Assembly: GCA_964445715.1 (NCBI GenBank)
Contig: CAYULJ010000003.1
Location: forward strand, 1 to 35,195
Source of the DNA: an uncultured Planctomycetia bacterium
GTDB lineage: Bacteria; Omnitrophota; Gorgyraeia; Gorgyraeales; Gorgyraeaceae
Length of the DNA stretch: 35,195 nt
Direction: 5' to 3'
Below, piece by piece: positions 26,500 to 34,728 of this stretch (its first letter is position 1; every line of letters begins with the position of its first letter). The notes beneath the pieces are model-generated. The model was not told the DNA's origin and ran no database searches. It saw only the letters and a list, made by a program, of their open reading frames with translations. Made by a program: the position numbers and the translations under genes.

Positions 26500-26540
26500 C
26501 TTAAGTTTACACTTCAACAATGTTGAAGTGTAAACTTAAG
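26500..26540. repeat. 41-bp palindromic element, family A (C..G fully paired form)
   Basis: cttaagtttacacttcaacaatgttgaagtgtaaacttaag; contains the tsaE stop (26536-26538). Confidence 0.95.
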
Positions 26541-26943
26541 CAATGATTATTTCTCTCTTGTTTTCGTCTTTGACCTTAAGCTTCACGGTTATACAATATT
26601 TAGGCAAGATCTCTTTTATCTTCTCTGCCCATTCTATCACAGTCACGCCGTCCCCATAAATATATTCTTTTACGGCAATGTCCTCTATATCCTGCAGTCT
26701 CTCGAGTCTATATAAATCCAGGTGATACATCGGCAACCTGCCCATGTACTCTTTTATTAAAACAAAAGTAGGGCTATTTATGTGACGCGCGTTCTTTACT
26801 CCAAGGCCCTTGCCTATGCCTTTGGTAAATGTGGTCTTGCCGCTTCCCAGATTCCCGCAAAGAGCAATGACGTCTCCAGCTGAAAGCTTCTTGGCCAGCT
26901 TCGCTCCCAATTCTATTGTATCTTTAGGACTTTTGCTTATCAT
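26536..26943 (-). CDS. tsaE: tRNA t6A biosynthesis ATPase TsaE
   Basis: 135 aa with P-loop GNLGSGKTTFTKG and HLDLYRL motifs. Confidence 0.9.
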   Translation of the reverse strand: MISKSPKDTIELGAKLAKKLSAGDVIALCGNLGSGKTTFTKGIGKGLGVKNARHINSPTFVLIKEYMGRLPMYHLDLYRLERLQDIEDIAVKEYIYGDGVTVIEWAEKIKEILPKYCITVKLKVKDENKREIIIA

Positions 26944-26951
26944 GATCCCGC

Positions 26952-26990
26952 CTAACTTTACACTTTAACGTTGTTGAAATGTAAAGTTAG
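26952..26990. repeat. family A element, AACTTT/AAAGTT subfamily (39 bp, diverged)
   Basis: ctaactttacactttaacgttgttgaaatgtaaagttag; contains the thiL stop (26987-26989). Confidence 0.85.
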
Positions 26991-27889
26991 AAGTGTGAAT
27001 AGCCTGAGGCTTTTATCTTTTGTTCACTTCTGTTCTTCTTTATTATACAAAATCCTTTGCGCCTGCCGCAAATCCTCCCGATCCTGGAAAGACGCGTTCT
27101 AAACGGCCATGTCTTTTCTAATTTAAGAGCTGCTTTTTGCGACAATGTAAAGACCAGCTCAAAATCCTCGCCTTCTCTTACAGCTGCGCTGAAACTCCTC
27201 ACATTCTTGGACAATGGCACACTTTTCTCGCAAACCACTGCGCCTACTTCACTCGCCTCCAGTATATGGCCCAGGTCAGCTAATAGGCCGTCAGAGACGT
27301 CTATCATGGAATTTATTTTGAAATTTTTTACCAAAAAACGAGATTCCTTAAGGCGCGGGGTGAAATTCAAATGCTTGCCTTCTGAGGCACCGCCAATGTT
27401 CCCTGTAACAAATATCGCATCGCCTACTTTGGCGTTACTACGCAAGACCAATTGTTTTTTTTCAACGCTGCCCAAAACTGCGATGTTCACGATTATCTTT
27501 TTTGAAGCAACCGTATCCCCGCCTACTAAATCAACGCCAAACCTCTTAGCCACATCTCTCATCCCTTTATACAGCACCTCTACATATCTAACATTGAGAG
27601 ATGGTGGCACGCCCAAAGAAACCAATGCAAACTCAGGCACTCCTCCCATAGCCGCAATATCGCTTATGTTAGAAGAAATGCATTTTTTCCCGACCAGGCT
27701 CGCCTCTGCTCGTCTATAAAAATGCGCGCCTTCCAAAAGCATGTCAGAGGTAAACAGAAGATATTTATCTTTCGTATATCTCAAAACAGCTGCATCATCT
27801 CCTATGCCATTTGCTACTTTCCTGGAGAGCTTTACGCGCGCCGAAATCCTCTTTATTAAATTAAATTCTCCTAAATCTCTTAATATCAT
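26987..27889 (-). CDS. thiL: thiamine-monophosphate kinase
   Basis: GEFNLIKRI, GIGDDAAV, FTSDMLLEGAHF and GGDT motifs of the PurM-like ThiL fold. Confidence 0.88.
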   Translation of the reverse strand: MILRDLGEFNLIKRISARVKLSRKVANGIGDDAAVLRYTKDKYLLFTSDMLLEGAHFYRRAEASLVGKKCISSNISDIAAMGGVPEFALVSLGVPPSLNVRYVEVLYKGMRDVAKRFGVDLVGGDTVASKKIIVNIAVLGSVEKKQLVLRSNAKVGDAIFVTGNIGGASEGKHLNFTPRLKESRFLVKNFKINSMIDVSDGLLADLGHILEASEVGAVVCEKSVPLSKNVRSFSAAVREGEDFELVFTLSQKAALKLEKTWPFRTRLSRIGRICGRRKGFCIIKKNRSEQKIKASGYSHF

Positions 27890-28934
27890 ATACGCCTGAT
27901 TCAGTTATTATGGCAGTTATAAGTTTATTGGGAGTAACATCAAACGCTGGGTTAAACACCTTGGCATTCTTTGGAGCAGTTTGCTTTGCTCCTACATATA
28001 TCAACTCCTCGCGCTTCCTCTCTTCTATGGGGATATCCTTGCCTGTCTTTATATTTCTGTCAATCGTGGAGCTCGGCGCTGCTATATAAAAAGGTATCTT
28101 GTGATATTTTGCTAAGACAGCCAAGCCGTAAGTCCCGATCTTATTCGCAGCGTCCCCGTTTCTTGCAATCCTATCAGCGCCCACAATGATCTTTGTAGCG
28201 CGTTTCTCTCTTATTGTCGCAGCTGACATGCCATCGCATATAAGTGTCGCGTCAATACCGTTCTTCATGAGTTCCCACATAGTGAGACGCGAACCTTGCA
28301 TCAGCGGCCTTGTCTCATCCGCATACACCTTAAATCGCTTGCCCTGTTTTTTTGCCTCATAAAAAACAGAAAGGGCAGTGCCGTAGCCTGCGGTCGCGAG
28401 CATGCCTGCATTGCAATGCGTGAGCACAATATCTTTGCTCTTTATTAATTTTGCGCCGTTTTTGCCAATTGCACGACACATGTCCCTGTCTTCTTTTAGA
28501 ATGCGAAGAGCCTCGTCTAAGACAGCTTTTTTTGCTCTTGCGACCGAGGACGAAATATCCGAGGAAGTGCCGAGCCCATCCGTGGCGAGGCCGACTGAAA
28601 ACTGCCTACAACTGTTAAATTTATCCTGCATCCTCTTAAGCGCCCAAAAAAGATTAACTGCAGTCGGCCTTGTCTTTCTTAACTTATCCGACGCCACACC
28701 CAAATCTCTCCTAAGGCCGCTTAATGTCTTTGACTTTGAATTTATTGCAGCCAATGCATAGCCCAGCGCAACACTTACTCCTATAAGTGGCGCCCCGCGG
28801 ACCTTCAGCTTTTTTATTGCCTCGCACAACACATTAATATCTCTGCATCTTATGAATTTAAGCGTCAACGGTAACTCTGTCTGGTCAATAAAAACTATAC
28901 TTTTCTTCTCCCACTTTATCGGCTCCAGCAACAT
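27861..28934 (-). CDS. mtnA: S-methyl-5-thioribose-1-phosphate isomerase (eIF-2B/MtnA family)
   Basis: IDQTELP, VRGAPLIGV, THCNAG and GADRIARNGDAANKIGTY motifs. The 3' end overlaps the thiL start by 29 nt. Confidence 0.8.
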   Translation of the reverse strand: MLLEPIKWEKKSIVFIDQTELPLTLKFIRCRDINVLCEAIKKLKVRGAPLIGVSVALGYALAAINSKSKTLSGLRRDLGVASDKLRKTRPTAVNLFWALKRMQDKFNSCRQFSVGLATDGLGTSSDISSSVARAKKAVLDEALRILKEDRDMCRAIGKNGAKLIKSKDIVLTHCNAGMLATAGYGTALSVFYEAKKQGKRFKVYADETRPLMQGSRLTMWELMKNGIDATLICDGMSAATIREKRATKIIVGADRIARNGDAANKIGTYGLAVLAKYHKIPFYIAAPSSTIDRNIKTGKDIPIEERKREELIYVGAKQTAPKNAKVFNPAFDVTPNKLITAIITESGVYDIKRFRRI

Positions 28935-28954
28935 AAATCCTCTCTTCTTCTCAT

Positions 28955-28970
28955 CTTAAATTTACACTTT
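28955..28970. repeat. family A partial left arm
   Basis: cttaaatttacacttt, 8 nt upstream of a complete copy. Confidence 0.75.
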
Positions 28971-28978
28971 TGGTAGTG

Positions 28979-29019
28979 CTTAAGTTGACACTTCAACAAT
29001 GTTAAAGTGTCAACTTAAG
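28979..29019. repeat. 41-bp palindromic element, family A (TTGACAC/GTGTCAA subfamily)
   Basis: cttaagttgacacttcaacaatgttaaagtgtcaacttaag. Confidence 0.95.
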
Positions 29020-29033
29020 CCAAGTACTCTACT

Positions 29034-30137
29034 CTACAGACCAAGACCCTTTGCCAGTATATTGCGCCTCAGGCCAACTGCGTTATGTGGACAGACCTCA
29101 TGACAACACATGCACTTGATGCATTTAACTGCGTCAATGACCGACTTCTCTTTATTTATTGTAATCACGGACACTGGACACGTCTCTGCACAAATATTAC
29201 ATTTCTTGCAAAGTTCTTCCTTTATATATGGTCCGAATTTAACAAGGCTCGCAAGCGTCCTTATAAGAAAATTCGGAAATTTCAAAATAAGCCTTGAATG
29301 GGGGAGCTTAAAATCCTTTATAATATTCTCTTCTAATTCTTCCCCTAAAATCTCTATTTTTTGCATGCGTATCTCACCAAGTCCCCTCTTGGCAGCCTCT
29401 TTAGTGCTTAAAACTCTCGAGGGATTGACGCCTACCAAATACGAAAACACAGCGTCTGCTGCCACGCTATCGAAACTCGCGATCAAAAGACCTGTTGACT
29501 TTAAGTCCCCGGCCGTTGGCCCGTCTCCATGCATTGCAACCACACCGTCCATGAGGACAAGCTGAGGTTTTAAAGTTTCGAAAACATCGACTAAAACATT
29601 GCAAAAATCCTCCTCCTTAGGAAACTTCTTATGGCACTCAGTCTTATTAAGGCCCGCTACTGCACCAAACATATTCTTTATCGCACCCGTCAACACCATG
29701 AGATTGTGCGTCTTCATCTTTGGTAAAGATATTATTTTATCGCACTCAAAAAAATAGGATGCGATCGGTAAACCTTTGACCATCTTGACATTCTTTGCTT
29801 CCAAAAGTTCAACACCTTCTTCTCTTGCGACCTCTGCTAAGCCTGAAGCTTCATATGTCTCTTTAGCACCTTTAGGCCCTCCTGGGGTGTCTCCTATTAA
29901 AGGCTGCGCGTTACATTCTTTTACCAATCTCACCACAGCTCTGACAACCTCCGGGTGAGTATTTACTCCTTTTTCCGGTGGCTGAGAAGACAGCATGTTA
30001 GGCTTGATCAGCACCTTTTCCTTTTTCTTTATAAACGCGGATATGCCACCTAAAAGGTCAAAGGCCTGGCGCACACACGGCCCCAAGACCTCTTGGTCAT
30101 ACGTCTTACATTTTACAATCGAAACCTTTGTCTTCAT
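29034..30137 (-). CDS. DUF362-domain protein with C-terminal 2x[4Fe-4S] ferredoxin-like domain
   Basis: N-terminal VSIVKCKTYD...VLIKPNML (DUF362-like). C-terminal CKKCNICAETCP and CIKCMCCHEVCP clusters. Confidence 0.75.
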   Translation of the reverse strand: MKTKVSIVKCKTYDQEVLGPCVRQAFDLLGGISAFIKKKEKVLIKPNMLSSQPPEKGVNTHPEVVRAVVRLVKECNAQPLIGDTPGGPKGAKETYEASGLAEVAREEGVELLEAKNVKMVKGLPIASYFFECDKIISLPKMKTHNLMVLTGAIKNMFGAVAGLNKTECHKKFPKEEDFCNVLVDVFETLKPQLVLMDGVVAMHGDGPTAGDLKSTGLLIASFDSVAADAVFSYLVGVNPSRVLSTKEAAKRGLGEIRMQKIEILGEELEENIIKDFKLPHSRLILKFPNFLIRTLASLVKFGPYIKEELCKKCNICAETCPVSVITINKEKSVIDAVKCIKCMCCHEVCPHNAVGLRRNILAKGLGL

Positions 30138-31171
30138 CCCGTTACCATTAGTTCTTTTATAAAAAACACGAAGCCAATGATGATCGAATTATGCACGACG
30201 TGCACTGTCATTGAAGCAACAAGAGATCCTGTCCTTTCATAAAGGTAGGCCAAAAGCAAGCCCAATACCATAATCGGCAAAAAGCCCACGATATTAGTAT
30301 GCAGAAGGCTGAAAATTGACGCGCTTATAAATGCCGCCCCTATTATGCCAATTCGCTTCTTGATCGCATTATACATAAACCCTCGAAAGAATATTTCTTC
30401 TATGATAGGGCCTAAAATGGAAACGAATATCGTAAAGAATAAAAGAAATCCACATCTCTCCTCTTCCATAAATACTTCAAATACAGGCTGAGGTTCGGGT
30501 TTATAACCCAAGAGATTCGATATCCATACAGAAAAAAGCAATACTGCAAACAAAAGCGGCAGAATAAAAACATAACCTGCTATGCCTGATGAAATATTCT
30601 TAAACAAAAAAAACGATCTCAAGCCTAAGGAAGTTATTGTGTCTTTACGTCTAATCACTACAAAATATAGCACCACTACGACCACAGCAATATCTATAAA
30701 AAAGGTATTGACCATCATGCTTAAATTGATCCCGATATTTAATTGAAATAGCTCATAAATTACACTTTGTGCCAAACCTAAGATGTAACTCATAAAAACA
30801 ATGACAATGCTCGCCCTTAAAAGATCGGAGACGCCCCAAGAAACAAGGCCTCTTTTCCCTTCTGAAGACAAACTAATAACAAAAGGCCTTATCCCAAAAA
30901 TAAAAGCTAAATTCATTACAACGGAAAACATGAATACCAGAAATCCCAAGACTATCGCATATTTAAAAAACCTTGCGCTTAGCTTATCAGAAGCCAGAAA
31001 ATCTTTGACTCTCTCTTCAGTAATGCCAATGTCCTCGAAGGTCATTTCTGAAAAGGATTTTTCGGTCTTGACTTCCTCTTTCTTTGGCTGACCAGCGCTC
31101 ATAAAATTCACGGCCAACACAAAAAGAATCATGAATATGTATATTTTTTCTCGTCTTATAAAATCCAACAT
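30134..31171 (-). CDS. CPBP-family intramembrane glutamic endopeptidase
   Basis: Polytopic, with EEIFFRGF and SLLH...HVVHN motifs (CAAX/Abi fold). The track start at 31204 (MLKCELKWDIS) is repeat-derived, so ATG 31171 is used. ATGA overlap with the upstream gene. Confidence 0.8.
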   Translation of the reverse strand: MLDFIRREKIYIFMILFVLAVNFMSAGQPKKEEVKTEKSFSEMTFEDIGITEERVKDFLASDKLSARFFKYAIVLGFLVFMFSVVMNLAFIFGIRPFVISLSSEGKRGLVSWGVSDLLRASIVIVFMSYILGLAQSVIYELFQLNIGINLSMMVNTFFIDIAVVVVVLYFVVIRRKDTITSLGLRSFFLFKNISSGIAGYVFILPLLFAVLLFSVWISNLLGYKPEPQPVFEVFMEEERCGFLLFFTIFVSILGPIIEEIFFRGFMYNAIKKRIGIIGAAFISASIFSLLHTNIVGFLPIMVLGLLLAYLYERTGSLVASMTVHVVHNSIIIGFVFFIKELMVTG

Positions 31172-31183
31172 AGAAATATCCCA

Positions 31184-31224
31184 CTTAAGTTCACACTTTA
31201 ACATTGTCGAAATGTGATCTTAAG
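31184..31224. repeat. 41-bp family A element (TTCACAC subfamily, right arm decayed)
   Basis: cttaagttcacactttaacattgtcgaaatgtgatcttaag; contains the tatD stop (31220-31222). Confidence 0.85.
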
Positions 31225-31987
31225 GTAATGAAAAGAGTTTTTTTGCGTTGGTGGTCGTGATCCTGGCCACTTCTTCGAGACTCCTGCCTTTTATCTTCGC
31301 GATCTCTTCTGCCAGGTACTTCACATAACTCGGCTCGTTTCGTTTGCCCCTGAATATCTGCGGCGCCAAAAACGGTGCGTCAGTCTCAAGAAGAAGTCTT
31401 TCTATGGGCACCTTATTCGCGACCTCCCGCAGCTTGTCAGCATTTTTAAAAGTAAGATTGCAGGTAAACGATACATGAAGTCCCATATCCAAGCAATCCG
31501 TCAGAAATTTCTCGTCTCCAGAGAAACAATGCATGACACCCTTTAGCTTGTTTCCCATAATCTCCTTTAATATAGCCAATATATCCTCATGCGCATCGCG
31601 ATTATGTATGATTATCGGCAAATCCCTTTCCCTTGCCTCGCTCAATAAAATCCTAACCAGCTTTTTCTGATTTTCTTTCGAGGAAATATTTTTAAAATAA
31701 TCCAGGCCGATCTCCCCGATCGCAACCACTTTATCTCTGCCGAGAAGCATCCTAAACTCTTCTAAATGCTTCTCTGGCACGCTGTCAGCTTCGTGAGGGT
31801 GGATCCCGGCTGCCGCATAGATAAAATCATTCTTCTCAGCGATCTCTATCGAGGCCTTTGTCCCCCGAAGGCTTGAGCCGACATTGACGATCAGACCCAC
31901 GCCCTCTTTCCTAGAGCGCTTTATGACCTCGTCCCTGTCAGATTCAAAGTCTTTGAAATCTAGATGACAGTGAGTATCTGTCAGCAT
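31220..31987 (-). CDS. tatD: TatD-family metal-dependent hydrolase (DNase)
   Basis: MLTDTHCHLDF N-terminus and GEIGLDY, HCFSG, ETDAPFL motifs. The ATG at 31987 overlaps the nifS stop (ATGCTGA). Confidence 0.88.
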   Translation of the reverse strand: MLTDTHCHLDFKDFESDRDEVIKRSRKEGVGLIVNVGSSLRGTKASIEIAEKNDFIYAAAGIHPHEADSVPEKHLEEFRMLLGRDKVVAIGEIGLDYFKNISSKENQKKLVRILLSEARERDLPIIIHNRDAHEDILAILKEIMGNKLKGVMHCFSGDEKFLTDCLDMGLHVSFTCNLTFKNADKLREVANKVPIERLLLETDAPFLAPQIFRGKRNEPSYVKYLAEEIAKIKGRSLEEVARITTTNAKKLFSLP

Positions 31988-33138
31988 AACGGTGACATCT
32001 CTCTGAGTCTTTTTACTATCGGCGGGATTTCGACCAGGCAATACTCAACGTCCTTTTCAGCATTCTCATAGCCGAAAGAAAATCTAATAGAGCCTTGTAA
32101 AATATCAGGCGGAACGCCCATTGCAGTCAATACGTGAGAAGGCTCAAGCGAACCAGAAGTACAAGCAGAACCAGTGGAAGCAGAAATGCCTTTCATATCA
32201 AAATTCAATACCAAAGATTCGCCCTCGATATATCTGAAGCTTATATTGAGCGTATTGGAAAGGCGATACTCGGGGTGCCCGTTTAGATATATCTCGTTGA
32301 GCTCCTTCTTTAAGCCTCCAAGAAATTTATCCGCGAGCTTCTTGAGATGCTTGTTTGTCTTCTTCATGTCCTTCACGGCAATTTCTACTGCTTTTGCAAA
32401 ACCCACAATGCCAGGCACGTTTAAAGTCCCTGCCCTCAATCTCCTCTCATGATGTCCGCCAGTCTGATAGGGCAAGACCTTGACGCCCTTCCTTATATAT
32501 AGCGCGCCTGCACCTTTAGGCCCGTTCAACTTATGCGCTGAAAAAGAACAGAGATCAACGCCAAGACTTTCGACATCTATAGGCTCTTTACCAAGGGCCT
32601 GGACCGCGTCTGTGTGAAAACATATACCGTTCTTTTTTGCTATTTTCCCGATCTCTTTTATTGGCTGTATAGTGCCTGTCTCGTTGTTGGCAAACATGAT
32701 CGAAATCAAAACAGTGTCTTTTCTTATAGAGTCTTTCAATTTATTCAGGTCGACAACACCGTGTTTATCAACAGGGAGCCGAGTGACTTCAAAACCCAAC
32801 TCTTCTTCGGCAAATTTGCATGATTCCAAAACTGCGAGATGTTCTATCTCGCTAGTTATTATGTGCCTACCTTTGGCCAGGTTCGCAACAGCCACCCCTT
32901 TTATAGCAAAATTATCTGATTCAGTGCCGCCTGAGGTAAAGATAATATCCACTGGCTCTGTGCCAATTGCGTGCGCGACAACTTCTCTCGACGCTTCGAC
33001 TGCCTTGTGGGCTATCTGGCCCTTGGAATGCACACTCGAGGCATTCCCGCACTCGTCGGAAAAATACGGCATCATCGCCTCCAGCACCTCTTTGCGCACT
33101 GGCGTTGTCGCATTGTGATCCAAATAAATCTGTCTCAT
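31981..33138 (-). CDS. nifS: cysteine desulfurase (NifS/IscS class I)
   Basis: IYLDHNATTP, SAHKLNGPKGAGALY (PLP Lys) and SSGSACTSGSLEPSHVL active-site Cys loop. Confidence 0.9.
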   Translation of the reverse strand: MRQIYLDHNATTPVRKEVLEAMMPYFSDECGNASSVHSKGQIAHKAVEASREVVAHAIGTEPVDIIFTSGGTESDNFAIKGVAVANLAKGRHIITSEIEHLAVLESCKFAEEELGFEVTRLPVDKHGVVDLNKLKDSIRKDTVLISIMFANNETGTIQPIKEIGKIAKKNGICFHTDAVQALGKEPIDVESLGVDLCSFSAHKLNGPKGAGALYIRKGVKVLPYQTGGHHERRLRAGTLNVPGIVGFAKAVEIAVKDMKKTNKHLKKLADKFLGGLKKELNEIYLNGHPEYRLSNTLNISFRYIEGESLVLNFDMKGISASTGSACTSGSLEPSHVLTAMGVPPDILQGSIRFSFGYENAEKDVEYCLVEIPPIVKRLREMSPLC

Positions 33139-33152
33139 ATCATCACTCCCAC

Positions 33153-33193
33153 CTTAAGTTTACACTTTAACATTGTTGAAGTGTAAACTTAAG
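33153..33193. repeat. 41-bp palindromic element, family A (consensus, T..G form)
   Basis: cttaagtttacactttaacattgttgaagtgtaaacttaag; contains the metG stop (33189-33191). Confidence 0.95.
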
Positions 33194-34718
33194 ATTCTAT
33201 TCTTGGAAAGAGGGGTTTTCCTTTATTGATCTTTGTTCCTGATTTTGCCGTGTCCCAAGATAAATCATTTAAACTTTTTTTGCCCGCCTTTAAACCAAGC
33301 TGGTGCGTCATTTTTTCAGAAGTCGTTGGCAAAAATGGCCACAGCGCCACTGATATAATCCTCAAGATTTCATAAAGATCATACATCATATCCTTAAGAT
33401 CGTCTTCTTTGTTTTCTTTTGAAAGCTTCCATGGCGCCTTTTGCTCTATGAATTTGTTGGCCATATTTATCAATTGCCAAATAGCGCCGAGCGCCTGGCT
33501 AAAATCTATTTTGTCCATCGCCTTAGAGATCTCGGATTTTAAATTCTTTGCTTTGTCAATAAGCGGAGCTGTAAACTCGTCTGCTGTTCTAATGTCTCGT
33601 CTCTTGGGAATCTTTCCAGAAAAATATTTCTCTATCATGGACAATGTCCTGTGCAAAAGATTCCCCAGGTCATTGGCGAGATCGCTATTGATCCTAGATA
33701 TAAGCGCAGTCTCGGAAAAAGAACCATCTGCGCCAAACGGCACTTCTCTTAATAAGAAAAACCTATACGCGTCCACGCCAAACTTATCGATCATCTCAAG
33801 CGGATTTACTATATTACCTTTGGACTTGGACATCTTGTCCTCGCCTATCTTCCACCAACCATGCGCAAACACTGTCTTGGGTAGTTCGAGTCCGATGGCG
33901 CGAAGCATGATAGGCCAATAAACAGTATGCGGCCTCAAGATATCCTTTCCTATCATATGCACGTCAGCTGGCCAGAATCTTTTGAATCTCTTTGGGTCAT
34001 CGCCATAACCACACAAGCTAATATAATTTATGAGTGCGTCAAACCAGACATACGTCACATGGTCTTCACTAAAAGGTATCTTAACACCCCACGAAAGCCT
34101 GGACTTGGGCCTTGAGATACACAAGTCATTCAACGGATTCTTAAGAAAACTCAGGATCTCGTTTCTTCTTATAACAGGCAATATAAAATCTTCGTGCGAA
34201 TTAATATATTCCACCAGCCAATTTTGATATTTCGAAAGCCTGAAAAAAAAATTCTTTTCTTTTATGTGCTCGACCTGTCTCTTGCAGTCAGGGCAATTGC
34301 CATCTAGCAGCTGGCCCTTGGTCCAAAAACTCTCACACGGCGTGCAATACCACCCACTGTATTCGCCTTCATACAGGTCGCCGTTTTTATACAATATCTC
34401 CAATATCTTTTTCACGACATCTTCATGTCTCTTTTCTGTCGTGCGAATGAAATCGTCGTACGAAATGCCTAGCTTCTCCCACAGGTCTTTAAATCTCGGA
34501 ACCACTGTATCCACGAATGCTCGAGGCTCCATACCTTTTTCACTGGCTGCCTCTTTTATCTTCTGGCCATGCTCGTCAGTGCCTGTAGAAAACAATACCT
34601 CTGTGCCTGCAAGCCGTTTGAACCTCGCGAGCGCGTCACACGCGATATTAGTATACGAATGCCCGATATGAGGATTGCCATTAACATAATATAGAGGTGT
34701 CGTTATATAAAATTTCAT
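33189..34718 (-). CDS. metG: methionine--tRNA ligase (short form, no C-terminal tRNA-binding domain)
   Basis: HIGH-type NGNPHIGH, KMSKS, and zinc knuckle CTPC...CPDC; 509 aa. Confidence 0.92.
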   Translation of the reverse strand: MKFYITTPLYYVNGNPHIGHSYTNIACDALARFKRLAGTEVLFSTGTDEHGQKIKEAASEKGMEPRAFVDTVVPRFKDLWEKLGISYDDFIRTTEKRHEDVVKKILEILYKNGDLYEGEYSGWYCTPCESFWTKGQLLDGNCPDCKRQVEHIKEKNFFFRLSKYQNWLVEYINSHEDFILPVIRRNEILSFLKNPLNDLCISRPKSRLSWGVKIPFSEDHVTYVWFDALINYISLCGYGDDPKRFKRFWPADVHMIGKDILRPHTVYWPIMLRAIGLELPKTVFAHGWWKIGEDKMSKSKGNIVNPLEMIDKFGVDAYRFFLLREVPFGADGSFSETALISRINSDLANDLGNLLHRTLSMIEKYFSGKIPKRRDIRTADEFTAPLIDKAKNLKSEISKAMDKIDFSQALGAIWQLINMANKFIEQKAPWKLSKENKEDDLKDMMYDLYEILRIISVALWPFLPTTSEKMTHQLGLKAGKKSLNDLSWDTAKSGTKINKGKPLFPRIES

Positions 34719-34728
34719 AAAATTATCG

